Source: Candidatus Poseidoniaceae archaeon (GTDB lineage: Archaea > Thermoplasmatota > Poseidoniia > Poseidoniales > Poseidoniaceae). From it: 64,000 bases of DNA. The stretch covers positions 18,300-82,299 of the forward strand of contig JASLKG010000003.1 of the NCBI GenBank assembly GCA_030747695.1, written 5' to 3'. Shown here piece after piece: positions 8,850 through 17,005 of this stretch (positions within the stretch are counted from its first letter, which is position 1; the number at the start of each line of letters is the position of its first letter). Below the pieces are notes generated by a model that worked only from the letters and a program-made list of their open reading frames with translations, was not told the origin of the DNA and ran no database searches. A program made the translations under genes and the position numbers.

Positions 8850-9764
8850 TTGACTGAAGCATTCGTAGCATTCGTTAGACATGAAGAGGAATTACTTCTT
8901 CTTCGAAGATCAAAATCAGATTCAGATTCTCCTGCACTGTGGGATGGTGTCTATGGAATAGGAGATACCGAAGAAGATGTATTGAATAGAGTGGCTGAAT
9001 GTACGGGGATACCACTTGAAGACCTAGCATATGTAAGAGCAGGTCCAGCGCTTGGAATTGATATGGGTGGCCGTTTACAAGATATAGCGCCATGCTTGGT
9101 TGTATCTTCAAGTAAGGATGTTACTGCATCAGGAAGGTACACAGAATCTACATGGGTTGATCCAGGAGAAATTCAAAATCATAATTGTGTGTTTGCAGAT
9201 TTAGAGATGGAAGGTAGTGAGAAACTATTCCGTGAAATGTATGGTTCAGTAGCAGCATATTTATTCATAGTAAAAACAGCAATTGGTTCAGAAAAGCGAG
9301 TTGCTGACGAAATGCAAGCAAGACTGACAGGGTCAGGTTCACTTTCAGCCATTCATGACGAAATATTTGGAATATTGCACCCCACTGGTATGCGTGGTTA
9401 TGTAATGGTAGAATCAAGCGCTCTACATCATGTTGAGAAGTTAATTGGACGTTCTGGCGGGCGTGATCCTAAGGCTCGCCGTGGATTAAATCAAACCCCT
9501 TTGAAGAATGCAAAGACTGTATTACCTGGCGAAGCACCGTTGAAAGATATACTACCATATTTGGAGCCAAAGGCTGTCACAAGTGGTATTGAAGTAGGAT
9601 GTATCGTAGAAATCGTTACTGGGGCATTCAAAGGCGAAAAAGCTCGAGTTACAAGTGTATCAGAGACTAAAGAAGAAGTAAGTATGGAATTATATGAGCA
9701 ACCTATTCCAATGACTTTGAAGATGCGTGGAGACCATGTACGTGTGGTTGAACGTGTAGAGTGA
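8850..9764 (+). CDS. spt5: Transcription elongation factor Spt5 (NusG: NGN + KOW) with a ~130-aa N-terminal degenerate Nudix-like extension
   Basis: The C-terminal 175 aa carry NGN (YLFIVKTAIGSEKRVADE...GYVMVES) and KOW (GCIVEIVTGAFKGEKARV). The N-terminus follows a Nudix-fold pattern (LLLLRRS...WDGVYGIGDTEEDVLNRVAECTGI). TTG start at 8850 follows GAGGGGGTTAGAGG. Confidence 0.8.
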   Translation: MTEAFVAFVRHEEELLLLRRSKSDSDSPALWDGVYGIGDTEEDVLNRVAECTGIPLEDLAYVRAGPALGIDMGGRLQDIAPCLVVSSSKDVTASGRYTESTWVDPGEIQNHNCVFADLEMEGSEKLFREMYGSVAAYLFIVKTAIGSEKRVADEMQARLTGSGSLSAIHDEIFGILHPTGMRGYVMVESSALHHVEKLIGRSGGRDPKARRGLNQTPLKNAKTVLPGEAPLKDILPYLEPKAVTSGIEVGCIVEIVTGAFKGEKARVTSVSETKEEVSMELYEQPIPMTLKMRGDHVRVVERVE

Positions 9765-9786
9765 CCTGAAAATCCCGCGCGGCGCG

Positions 9787-9794
9787 ATTAAATA
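9787..9794 (+). promoter_or_regulatory. Candidate TATA box (ATTAAATA) preceded by the GC palindrome CGCGCGGCGCG
   Basis: The only AT-rich octamer in the GC-rich spt5-L11 spacer, about 55 nt upstream of the L11 ATG. Position only. Confidence 0.25.
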
Positions 9795-9848
9795 GGGGAG
9801 GGAAGTCGGCAAGATGCTCACGTCCGTGAGTAACAGAGGTGTACAATC

Positions 9849-10130
9849 ATGCCAAAGCCTTGGACTAGCGAGCTGATAAAGAAAGCTCTTGGAGTTCCTA
9901 AGTGTAATGGTTCATTGGAAGCCGCTACTGAGGATTTACCTCTTGAGAAGGCGATGGACGTCGCACGTCAAAAGGCGAAAGACGGACACTTAACCGGAGC
10001 AGATTTGAAAGCGCAGACCAGGGAGATTATCGGCACTTGTGTTGCAATGCGTGTAAAAATCGATGGGCTTTGGGCTAAGGACGCATTAAAAACAATTGAA
10101 AATGGAGATTGGGATACACGTTTTGCTTGA
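9849..10130 (+). CDS. rpl11: 50S ribosomal protein L11, C-terminal (rRNA-binding) domain only
   Basis: The 93 aa align by eye from the L11 interdomain linker to the C-terminus (TSELIKKALG...IIGTCVAMRVKIDG...). SD AGAGGTG at 9835-9841. In-frame TAA at 9831-9833. Conserved position between spt5 and rpl1. Confidence 0.8.
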   Translation: MPKPWTSELIKKALGVPKCNGSLEAATEDLPLEKAMDVARQKAKDGHLTGADLKAQTREIIGTCVAMRVKIDGLWAKDALKTIENGDWDTRFA

Positions 10131-10164
10131 ACTGAATTCACGGACCACGGTAGAGGGGTTAGCG

Positions 10165-10183
10165 CCCTTCGCAGACCGAAGGG
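10165..10183 (+). promoter_or_regulatory. Leader hairpin overlapping the rpl1 Shine-Dalgarno
   Basis: CCCTTCG (10165-10171) pairs with CGAAGGG (10177-10183), with loop CAGAC. The 3' arm overlaps SD GGGGTGA (10181-10187). ATG at 10194. Confidence 0.3.
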
Positions 10184-10193
10184 GTGACAAAAA

Positions 10194-10838
10194 ATGGAAG
10201 AGAAAATATCTGAAGCAATAAAGAGCGCAATTGAAGGCGCTGCAGATCGTAAGTTTGTTGAATCTGTTGACATAGCATTTACAATCAAAGACGTCGATTT
10301 GAAAAATCCAAATAATCGTATTCAGGAAGAGATTCGTCTTCCGTCAGGTCGCGGCCGTGAAATAAAAATTGCAATGTTCGCAGCATCAGATGCAGCACAA
10401 AAAGCAAAGGCCGCAGGCATCCATGTTATCGATCCAGCCGAAATTGAAGAACTTGGTAAGAATAAAACAACTGCAAAAAAGCTAGCAAATTCATTCGACT
10501 TTTTCCTCTCTGAAGTCCCACACATGGGTCTTATTGGTCGTTGGCTCGGTGTCGTACTAGGTCCTCGTGGAAAGATGCCAAGACCAGTGCCTCCTGTAGT
10601 TGACCCAGCAGCAATAGCAGCAGGTCTAAAATCAACTGTAATAGTCAAGTCACGTGACAAGGTTACATTCCAAGCCTCATTTGGAACACGTGCTCAAAGC
10701 CACGAAGAATTACTGAAAAACGCAATGGAAGTTTACAATCGTGTAACTTCAAGACTTGAACGTGGAATCGGGAACATTCGTTCACTTTATGTTAAGACAA
10801 CAATGGGGCCAGCCACCAAAATAGAGGTGATTAATTGA
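10194..10838 (+). CDS. rpl1: 50S ribosomal protein L1
   Basis: FVESVDIAF...LPSGRGRE...GPRGKMP pattern. Conserved L11-L1-P0-P1 order. Confidence 0.92.
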   Translation: MEEKISEAIKSAIEGAADRKFVESVDIAFTIKDVDLKNPNNRIQEEIRLPSGRGREIKIAMFAASDAAQKAKAAGIHVIDPAEIEELGKNKTTAKKLANSFDFFLSEVPHMGLIGRWLGVVLGPRGKMPRPVPPVVDPAAIAAGLKSTVIVKSRDKVTFQASFGTRAQSHEELLKNAMEVYNRVTSRLERGIGNIRSLYVKTTMGPATKIEVIN

Positions 10839-11848
10839 TACCAAAAGTAGCATCGTGGAAGAAGGATACAGTTTCTTCACTTACGGACATGCTAAAGGCT
10901 GGGGGAACCTTTGCTGTAATTGATATTCATGGAGTCCCTGCTAGTGCAATGCTTGGCATGCGCGATGGGCTTCGTTCTAACATGCAAATACAAGTTGCAA
11001 AGAAAAGATTGATGAAAATAGCCTGGGAAGCCACAGGAAATGATTTCAGCGATTTAGAGTCTCTTTATTCATCAGCAGTTCAACCAGCATTGGTACAAAC
11101 CAACATGAGTTCTTTCGAAGTGTTTTCTGAATTGAAGAAAACAGAAGCAGGAAGAGCAGCAAAACCAGGTGACATCGCTCCATACGATATCGTTGTGGAA
11201 AAAATGGACACTGGGATGCCACCAGGACCAATTGTTGGAGACTTAAATTCAGTTGGGATTCCAGCAAAAATCATGAAAGGTTCTGTACAAATCCAGAAGA
11301 CTGTGACCATCCTTAAGGAAGGTGAAACATTTGAAGGAGATCTTGGAATGATGCTCTCAAAGATTGGAATCGATCCAATAGTTACAGGTTTGCGATTATG
11401 TGGAACATTTGAGGATGGAACTAGATTTGAACCATCGACATTGGATATCAATTATGAGAAATTCGAATCCGATCTAATCAGCTTTGGCGCAGGAGCATTC
11501 AATTTGGCTTGCAATATACGTTGGTTTACAAACGCAACCACACCAACCCTTCTATCCAAAGCAAGTGGTGAAGCACTTGCTGTGGCACTGGAAGCAGCAA
11601 TTGTCACATCAGAGACATTGCCGCACTTTATCTCACGTGCACATAGTGGCGCCCTAGGCGTTGCTGGTTCACTGTCTGAGGACGCACTCGACGAAGAGCT
11701 AGCCCAACTCCTGGGCGCAGCCGCTACTGCAGCAGTAACTGCAACAGTAGATTCGAGCACCGAAGAGGCCCCTACCGAGGCCGCTGAGGAAGAGGAGGAA
11801 GAAGAGGAAGAAGGCGGATTTGAAGGCCTTGGGTCCTTATTCGGTTGA
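10835..11848 (+). CDS. rpl10: 50S ribosomal stalk protein P0 (L10)
   Basis: P0 N-terminal and central domains with the acidic tail [23 protein letters not shown] start overlaps the rpl1 stop (TTGA) and follows GAGGTGAT. Confidence 0.92.
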   Translation: MIPKVASWKKDTVSSLTDMLKAGGTFAVIDIHGVPASAMLGMRDGLRSNMQIQVAKKRLMKIAWEATGNDFSDLESLYSSAVQPALVQTNMSSFEVFSELKKTEAGRAAKPGDIAPYDIVVEKMDTGMPPGPIVGDLNSVGIPAKIMKGSVQIQKTVTILKEGETFEGDLGMMLSKIGIDPIVTGLRLCGTFEDGTRFEPSTLDINYEKFESDLISFGAGAFNLACNIRWFTNATTPTLLSKASGEALAVALEAAIVTSETLPHFISRAHSGALGVAGSLSEDALDEELAQLLGAAATAAVTATVDSSTEEAPTEAAEEEEEEEEEGGFEGLGSLFG

Positions 11849-11872
11849 ATGAAAAATTTGAGGTGAAAAAAT

Positions 11873-12181
11873 ATGGAGTACGTATACGCTGCAATGCTTC
11901 TGCACTCTGCTGAAAAAGAAATAGACGACAAAGCTGTAACCGCGGTCTTAAAGGCCGCTGGTGTAGATGCTGATTCTGCCCGTGTGAAGGCACTAGTTGC
12001 TTCACTGGGTGGTGTTGACATCGCTGAAGCTATGGCAACCGCTGTAGCTGCACCTGCTGCTGCCGCTGCTGCCCCTGCTGCTGCTAGCGCTGCTGCTGCT
12101 GATGAAGCACCAGCTGCTGAAGCAGAAGAAGAGGAAGAAGAAGCTGGCGGATTTGAAGGTCTAGGTTCTTTGTTCGGTTGA
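11873..12181 (+). CDS. rpl12: 50S ribosomal stalk protein P1 (L12)
   Basis: [17 protein letters not shown]..., an Ala-rich hinge and the tail [27 protein letters not shown]. Confidence 0.92.
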   Translation: MEYVYAAMLLHSAEKEIDDKAVTAVLKAAGVDADSARVKALVASLGGVDIAEAMATAVAAPAAAAAAPAAASAAAADEAPAAEAEEEEEEAGGFEGLGSLFG

Positions 12182-12207
12182 TTAGAAGGCCAATCTGAAC
12201 CATAGTA

Positions 12208-12401
12208 CACACTACTCTCATTGAGAGTAGAGTGTGAACAGGGTCCAGTAACGGCTCACAATAACCGGTTCACAGTCCGTGGTTTGCCTCGCCCATTTGA
12301 TGGGCTGGGGATCCGATAGTGACCGTTTGTTGGACCATCCATATCACCCCTCGTAAAACGAGGGGTGATTATGGCCATTCCAGCCTTCGATTGAGGAAGG
12401 C
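12208..12401 (+). ncRNA. Candidate structured RNA or structured leader, family unassigned
   Basis: Four or five stable helices read by eye, including a 17-bp long-range helix (12242-12259 with 12319-12336) with two adjacent G-U pairs that only work on the + strand. Also a 15-bp hairpin at 12339-12374. Confidence 0.3.
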
Positions 12402-12446
12402 AAATTTTCGATTCATTCTTCAGCAAGTTCGTTTTCGCGAGCATTA

Positions 12447-12905
12447 ATGCTGAAGAGAAATGAGTTCACTTTGGAAGTTTGCACTTCTCCAGTTGAAAAT
12501 GTGAAATCTCTTCGTGAAACGTTAACTGATAGGGGTTGGCAAATTTCTAGCCACCAAGGAACACGTTTGGTTGATAGATTTGCAATAATTATGCCAATAG
12601 CTCAAAGTGCTCGCACCCTAGGACTGGAAATTCTTGATGGGCCATTACGAGGATTAGAAATGCATACTTGGGCTGAAACGAGAGGAAGCGCTGGATCAAT
12701 CAACATTGCAGCTTGGACAATACCCGGAGGTAAAGAGAATGAAGATGCTATGGCAATAATACGAGAATGGGCCTTATCTTTGCCGAGATGTCCATGGAAA
12801 TGGACTTTTGGAGAACGTTCCAAAATAGGATATTTTCTACCTGTTTTTAGGCGCTCACGTAAAGCATTTCGTAGTATAGGTTTGCAAGATTGGCCCAAAC
12901 AGTAG
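12447..12905 (+). CDS. Hypothetical protein (152 aa)
   Basis: ORF only. No SD. The start codon lies inside a predicted helix (12418-12425 with 12448-12455). Confidence 0.45.
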   Translation: MLKRNEFTLEVCTSPVENVKSLRETLTDRGWQISSHQGTRLVDRFAIIMPIAQSARTLGLEILDGPLRGLEMHTWAETRGSAGSINIAAWTIPGGKENEDAMAIIREWALSLPRCPWKWTFGERSKIGYFLPVFRRSRKAFRSIGLQDWPKQ

Positions 12906-12960
12906 ACCAAAAGCCTTGGAAAGCACCACCCCCTACGTCATTATACCCGGAGGAACTAAC

Positions 12961-13629
12961 ATGTCTTATTTTGATGACTTTAAGACTAATAGTGATAAGC
13001 AAATAACGGTAGCTTGCGTAGCTTTTTTCTTGGTAGCATTTCCAGTATACTTTACGATGGCAGATTCCTTCAAAGATGTAGGTTCAATAGACATGTCAGG
13101 TGGTAAAATCGGTAATTATGAAGTAAATGGGACATTCTCATTTCACGAAATTGGTTCGGGTACGGAAGTAATTGATGACGGTACTACAGTAAATATAGGG
13201 GCCCATTCTGATGCAGGGAATGTTGCAGGAATGAACATTGTTGGATTTAGAATGACCATACAGCATACTGATGACGAATCAGGAGGGGGCCCTCAATGTA
13301 CAGGTGTCCAATCCCAAGACGATGAAGTATCAGTTTCTGGCGGAATAAATGAAAATACTACTACAACATCAGGTACTGAAAGTCCAATGGAATCATCACT
13401 ATATTGGATTGACTCATCAATTCTTGGAACTACAGTTCAGAATATGTCTTCGGGAGAAATCTCTTCAATGTTGGAAGGAGGAACTATTGGGTTTGGTGAA
13501 TATTCTATGGACATTGGAGTAACAGTAAACAAAGGCCAGAGGCCACTTTGCAATAAACAAGATAGTGGCGAAACAGTAGATTGGACACTCGAATTAATCT
13601 CTCTTGAATATACAGCCGAAGTAAATTAA
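12961..13629 (+). CDS. Hypothetical N-terminally anchored extracytoplasmic protein
   Basis: SD CCGGAGGA precedes the ATG at 12961. One TM helix (VACVAFFLVAFPVYF), then a Gly/Thr/Ser-rich domain. The ORF track begins at TTG 12916. Confidence 0.55.
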   Translation: MSYFDDFKTNSDKQITVACVAFFLVAFPVYFTMADSFKDVGSIDMSGGKIGNYEVNGTFSFHEIGSGTEVIDDGTTVNIGAHSDAGNVAGMNIVGFRMTIQHTDDESGGGPQCTGVQSQDDEVSVSGGINENTTTTSGTESPMESSLYWIDSSILGTTVQNMSSGEISSMLEGGTIGFGEYSMDIGVTVNKGQRPLCNKQDSGETVDWTLELISLEYTAEVN

Positions 13630-15059
13630 TTCAATAATTTGCCAATATCAATTATTGAGGAAACTCTTTGATCAATTAATTCTAATATACGTTTTAATTC
13701 AGATTTGTTGACGGCTTCTACTCTCATAACAAGAATAGGTTCTGTATTTGATTTACGAGCAAGAAACCACCCAGTCTGATTAGTGCCATCATTGAACCGC
13801 ACCCTTATCCCGTCTATTGTTGAAGCTTCATAATCGACAAATGCATTCTTAATGGCCTCTACGGTTTCGATTTTCTTTTCTTCAGGACAAGGAATCTTGA
13901 CTTCTCCAGTGGTTGGTAAATTTGGTGCCAAGCGATTTAACTCGTCACTGAACTTAAGATCGTCTCTACGCGACCAAAGTTCTAGAATTCGTGCAGCATT
14001 GTAAAGTGAACAATCAAATCCATACCACCCGCGGTCTGCCATGAAGATGTGACCACTCATTTCACCAGCCATCAAGGAATTAGGATACTTTGCGAGGACT
14101 CTCTTCATGAAAGAATGCCCAGTCTTTGCCATCATTGGTTTCCCTCCTGCTGCAACAATTGCCTTTTCAACATTCATCGAACACTTCACATCATAAATCA
14201 GCAAATCTTTTCCTTCTTCAGTTCCAACAACATCGTCCGCAAGAAGGGCAATTAGGCGATCAGGATAAACAAAATTACCATTTTCATCAACGGCCCCAAT
14301 TCTATCACCATCGCCATCACTGCCAAGACCAAATTCACAACCATTGTCAACCACAGCTTTGGCAAGATCTACCATGTTGTACTCTCTAGTAGGGTCTGCT
14401 CCATGATTGGGCTCTGTGTTATCCCAATTACAATACAGATCAACATGCTCAGCCCCAATCATATCTAGAAGGCGAGTCATTGCAGGGCCTGGAACAGCAT
14501 TTCCACAATCAACAGCAACTTTGACAGGTCTTGCAAGGGTTCCTGTTGAGTTAACAATTGCTTTTAGGTAATTATCTTCATGAGGATTGTTGATATGTTC
14601 TCCCACTCCATTTTTGAATTCTCCAGAAAGAAATACTTCCTTTAATTCTTGAATTTCTTCTCCAGCTAAAGGCAATGTCCCACGGCACATTTTGAAACCA
14701 TTATGTGTTGGCATTGGGAGGTGAGATGCTGTGACCATAACTCCTCCATCCACTGGTAAAGTCCAGCATGCATGATATAGACAGCCAGTTGAAACAATTC
14801 CAAGGTCAAGAACCTTCACTCCACTTTCAACTAAACCCTGAATTAGGTTTGCAGAATAATTAGTACTGGATTCTCGAATATCTCTTCCAACCGCAAAAGA
14901 AGAACAATCTAGGTATGCCGCAATCGATTTACCAAGCCGGAAAGCAAACTCATCCGAGAGTTCATTTTCAGCAAGCCCACGAATATCATAGGCTTTGAAA
15001 CAGTGCACAGGCCACTCTCCCATAATTACGTCGGAGAGGTTCTGACGTTTGTATTTCAT
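13626..15059 (-). CDS. Phosphoglucomutase/phosphomannomutase family protein
   Basis: Active-site TASHLPMPTHNGFK, metal loop GSDGDGDRIG and GEMSGH. Likely start is MKYKRQ at 15059 (ATGA overlap with the upstream small ORF). The ORF extends to 15134. Confidence 0.9.
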   Translation of the reverse strand: MKYKRQNLSDVIMGEWPVHCFKAYDIRGLAENELSDEFAFRLGKSIAAYLDCSSFAVGRDIRESSTNYSANLIQGLVESGVKVLDLGIVSTGCLYHACWTLPVDGGVMVTASHLPMPTHNGFKMCRGTLPLAGEEIQELKEVFLSGEFKNGVGEHINNPHEDNYLKAIVNSTGTLARPVKVAVDCGNAVPGPAMTRLLDMIGAEHVDLYCNWDNTEPNHGADPTREYNMVDLAKAVVDNGCEFGLGSDGDGDRIGAVDENGNFVYPDRLIALLADDVVGTEEGKDLLIYDVKCSMNVEKAIVAAGGKPMMAKTGHSFMKRVLAKYPNSLMAGEMSGHIFMADRGWYGFDCSLYNAARILELWSRRDDLKFSDELNRLAPNLPTTGEVKIPCPEEKKIETVEAIKNAFVDYEASTIDGIRVRFNDGTNQTGWFLARKSNTEPILVMRVEAVNKSELKRILELIDQRVSSIIDIGKLLN

Positions 15060-15247
15060 CGTCTTAGGATTGCAAGACCAAATAGCGAGATAATAGCAAA
15101 AATTGACCATTCTAGTAGTAATCCTTTCCACCAAGCAACAACTGTTATGGCTGCAATTGTTGGTATTGAAATGATTAGAAGTTTAGGCCAAGTAAGTAAT
15201 CCCTGAGGGGGATTTTCTAGATATGGAGATCCAGGCATATATCTCAC
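15056..15247 (-). CDS. Small two-TM membrane protein (63 aa)
   Basis: Fills the ridA-pgm gap exactly. GTGA overlap with the ridA stop and ATGA overlap with the pgm start. Two hydrophobic helices. Confidence 0.5.
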   Translation of the reverse strand: MRYMPGSPYLENPPQGLLTWPKLLIISIPTIAAITVVAWWKGLLLEWSIFAIISLFGLAILRR

Positions 15248-15624
15248 ACGTTGTTATTGGATCCAATTGCTTGAACTACAATTTCAACTTTAGCACCAGC
15301 AGGAAGTGCCCCAGCTTCAAATGCTGCGCGTGCAGGCTTAACTTTCATATTTTCAACCCATTTTCCATAAACATCATTCATAGCAGCAAAATCATTGATG
15401 TCATCTAAAAGAACTTGCGCGAAACATATTGCATCACGAGTCAATCCAGCAGCATCAAGTAAAGCATCAATTTTAGCTAAAGTTCCAATTGTTTGACTTG
15501 TAATGTCATTACCAGAATCCACATCAATTTGACCAGATAGCCATACGATGCCATTAAACTTGACACCAGGCGTATATGGGCCGTATAATTTTGCGCCCGG
15601 AATTGTTATCGCTTGCTTCTCCAT
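15244..15624 (-). CDS. ridA: RidA/YjgF/TdcF-family reactive-intermediate deaminase
   Basis: GPYTPGVKFNGIVWLSGQI...ARAAFEAGALPAGAKVEI. Likely start is MEKQAIT at 15624. The ORF extends to 15720. Confidence 0.88.
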   Translation of the reverse strand: MEKQAITIPGAKLYGPYTPGVKFNGIVWLSGQIDVDSGNDITSQTIGTLAKIDALLDAAGLTRDAICFAQVLLDDINDFAAMNDVYGKWVENMKVKPARAAFEAGALPAGAKVEIVVQAIGSNNNV

Positions 15625-15680
15625 TATTAGGGCCAATAAGTGGTGGCACATCAAAATAGCCCGAACTATTGGGTTGCAAT

Positions 15681-16616
15681 ATGGCGGCTGGTTGGGTAAT
15701 CGATCATCCAGCACATGCAAGATTATTGGCTCCTATAATGAGAGACATATCTAATCCAAATGATGTAATTATTGCTTGCGATCGTAAGGAAGTAAGACAA
15801 ATGATCGATCATTCAGATGGTTATCTTCCTCGACGTAAGACGATTTGGGTTCCTAGGCCAATTGGTAAGGGGAGGTATAGGAAAGCATGGAAACGAATGA
15901 AAATTTCAAAAAAGGCTCTTAAAAATACGGAGATGGTCGTGAGCGTAGGAGCTCCATTAGAATTACGAGCTGCACCTAAAACCGCCAGACGAGTCTATAT
16001 TACTGATACAGAAGTAAATCATCTTGCACATAGTTTAGTCAAAGCTACAGACATAATAATCCCAACACATTTCTGTGAAGAGATTTCAGGTAAATTAATG
16101 ACTAAAAAAGCAACATTCCATCGGATAGATGGATTACATGGCCATATACATCTTCATCCTCAAATTAAACCATCAACAGTTTCTGATCCACCTAAGATTC
16201 TAGTACGCGAATTATTAGGTACTGGAATCCATGATGAAAATGAGATATTATCGATTCCAGACAAATGGTTACTTGGATTGGATATACAGCGTGCAGATGA
16301 GAATCAGATAGAGGGAAATCCATGGGATTTAGATAAGAGACTTGCTTCTGTAGATGGGGTAGTCACCCAATCTGTTACTTTAGCTAGTGAAGCAGTATTG
16401 TTGGGGACTCCTACACTATTAGTTTCTAAAGCAAAAAGGGGCTTCTTAGATCGATTAGTAAACGACGGTTATCCACTTTTCATCGTACGTGAGCACGATG
16501 ACAAAACATACAGTGAATGGTTGTCAGGTTTACACCTATTAGATGCCCTTACAATTCCGGACTGGCCGGACACACGTTCTCAGTTAACTGAAATACTGAT
16601 TTCACATACCAGATAG
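15681..16616 (+). CDS. DUF354-like protein (GT-B/epimerase-like fold, function unknown)
   Basis: Pattern WVIDHPAH...IIACDRKE...VSVGAP...DGLHGHIHLHP resembles the DUF354 family as I recall it. Weak, by-eye only. Confidence 0.5.
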   Translation: MAAGWVIDHPAHARLLAPIMRDISNPNDVIIACDRKEVRQMIDHSDGYLPRRKTIWVPRPIGKGRYRKAWKRMKISKKALKNTEMVVSVGAPLELRAAPKTARRVYITDTEVNHLAHSLVKATDIIIPTHFCEEISGKLMTKKATFHRIDGLHGHIHLHPQIKPSTVSDPPKILVRELLGTGIHDENEILSIPDKWLLGLDIQRADENQIEGNPWDLDKRLASVDGVVTQSVTLASEAVLLGTPTLLVSKAKRGFLDRLVNDGYPLFIVREHDDKTYSEWLSGLHLLDALTIPDWPDTRSQLTEILISHTR

Positions 16617-16955
16617 TTCATTCAACCATGCGCCAGCAAGGACGAACATAGCGATGAAACCAATTAGTACTAGATAATTCAGAATTAATCCAGTTATTGC
16701 AGCGCCCTTACCAACACCGCTCTTATTGGCACCACTCATGCCAATGTGGCCAAAGATGATTCCCAATAGTACAGTAATTGGAATCAAACAGAAAGTGATA
16801 CCAATTACAGGAGTTAGTAATGCGAATACCCATGTAAGGATACCCATTACTAGGGAAGTGGTAGCCATCCCATTACCTGCATTTTGTTGAATAATCACAG
16901 TTTGACCTGCTGGCGCCACTGCTTGCATTTGCTGCCCATATGGATCTGGTTGCAT
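16602..16955 (-). CDS. Small membrane protein, DUF4190-like, with a Q/P-rich N-terminus
   Basis: MQPDPYGQQMQ..., then three hydrophobic helices (SLVMGILTWVFALL...). Confidence 0.55.
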   Translation of the reverse strand: MQPDPYGQQMQAVAPAGQTVIIQQNAGNGMATTSLVMGILTWVFALLTPVIGITFCLIPITVLLGIIFGHIGMSGANKSGVGKGAAITGLILNYLVLIGFIAMFVLAGAWLNELSGM

Positions 16956-17005
16956 AGTTATCCTAGTACCATTAAGTGTATGAAGTTAACCGAAGCAATA
17001 AATTT

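Noticed and set aside
11452-12210. A 252-aa minus-strand ORF rich in Ser/Ala runs.
   Set aside because: It is antisense to the P0 C-terminus and the whole P1 gene. Its low-complexity S/A content is the mirror image of the GAA/GCT-rich acidic and alanine hinge codons of the stalk proteins. The P0 and P1 calls are unambiguous.
12260-12300. Possible RNase P RNA or SRP RNA. ACAGUCCGUGG resembles a stretch of bacterial RNase P RNA as I recall it, AACCGGUUAU on the other strand resembles CR-V, and CAGUAAC resembles the SRP Alu UGUAAC.
   Set aside because: The defining elements are absent: no GAGGAAAGUCC (CR-I) and no GGAA-tetraloop/AGCA helix-8 motif. The order of the partial matches is wrong, and 265 nt is too short for either RNA. 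The similarities are probably chance.
12256-12444. A 62-aa minus-strand ORF inside the structured intergenic region.
   Set aside because: It has no SD and an odd composition. The region's helices contain G-U pairs that favour a plus-strand RNA. I treat it as non-coding.
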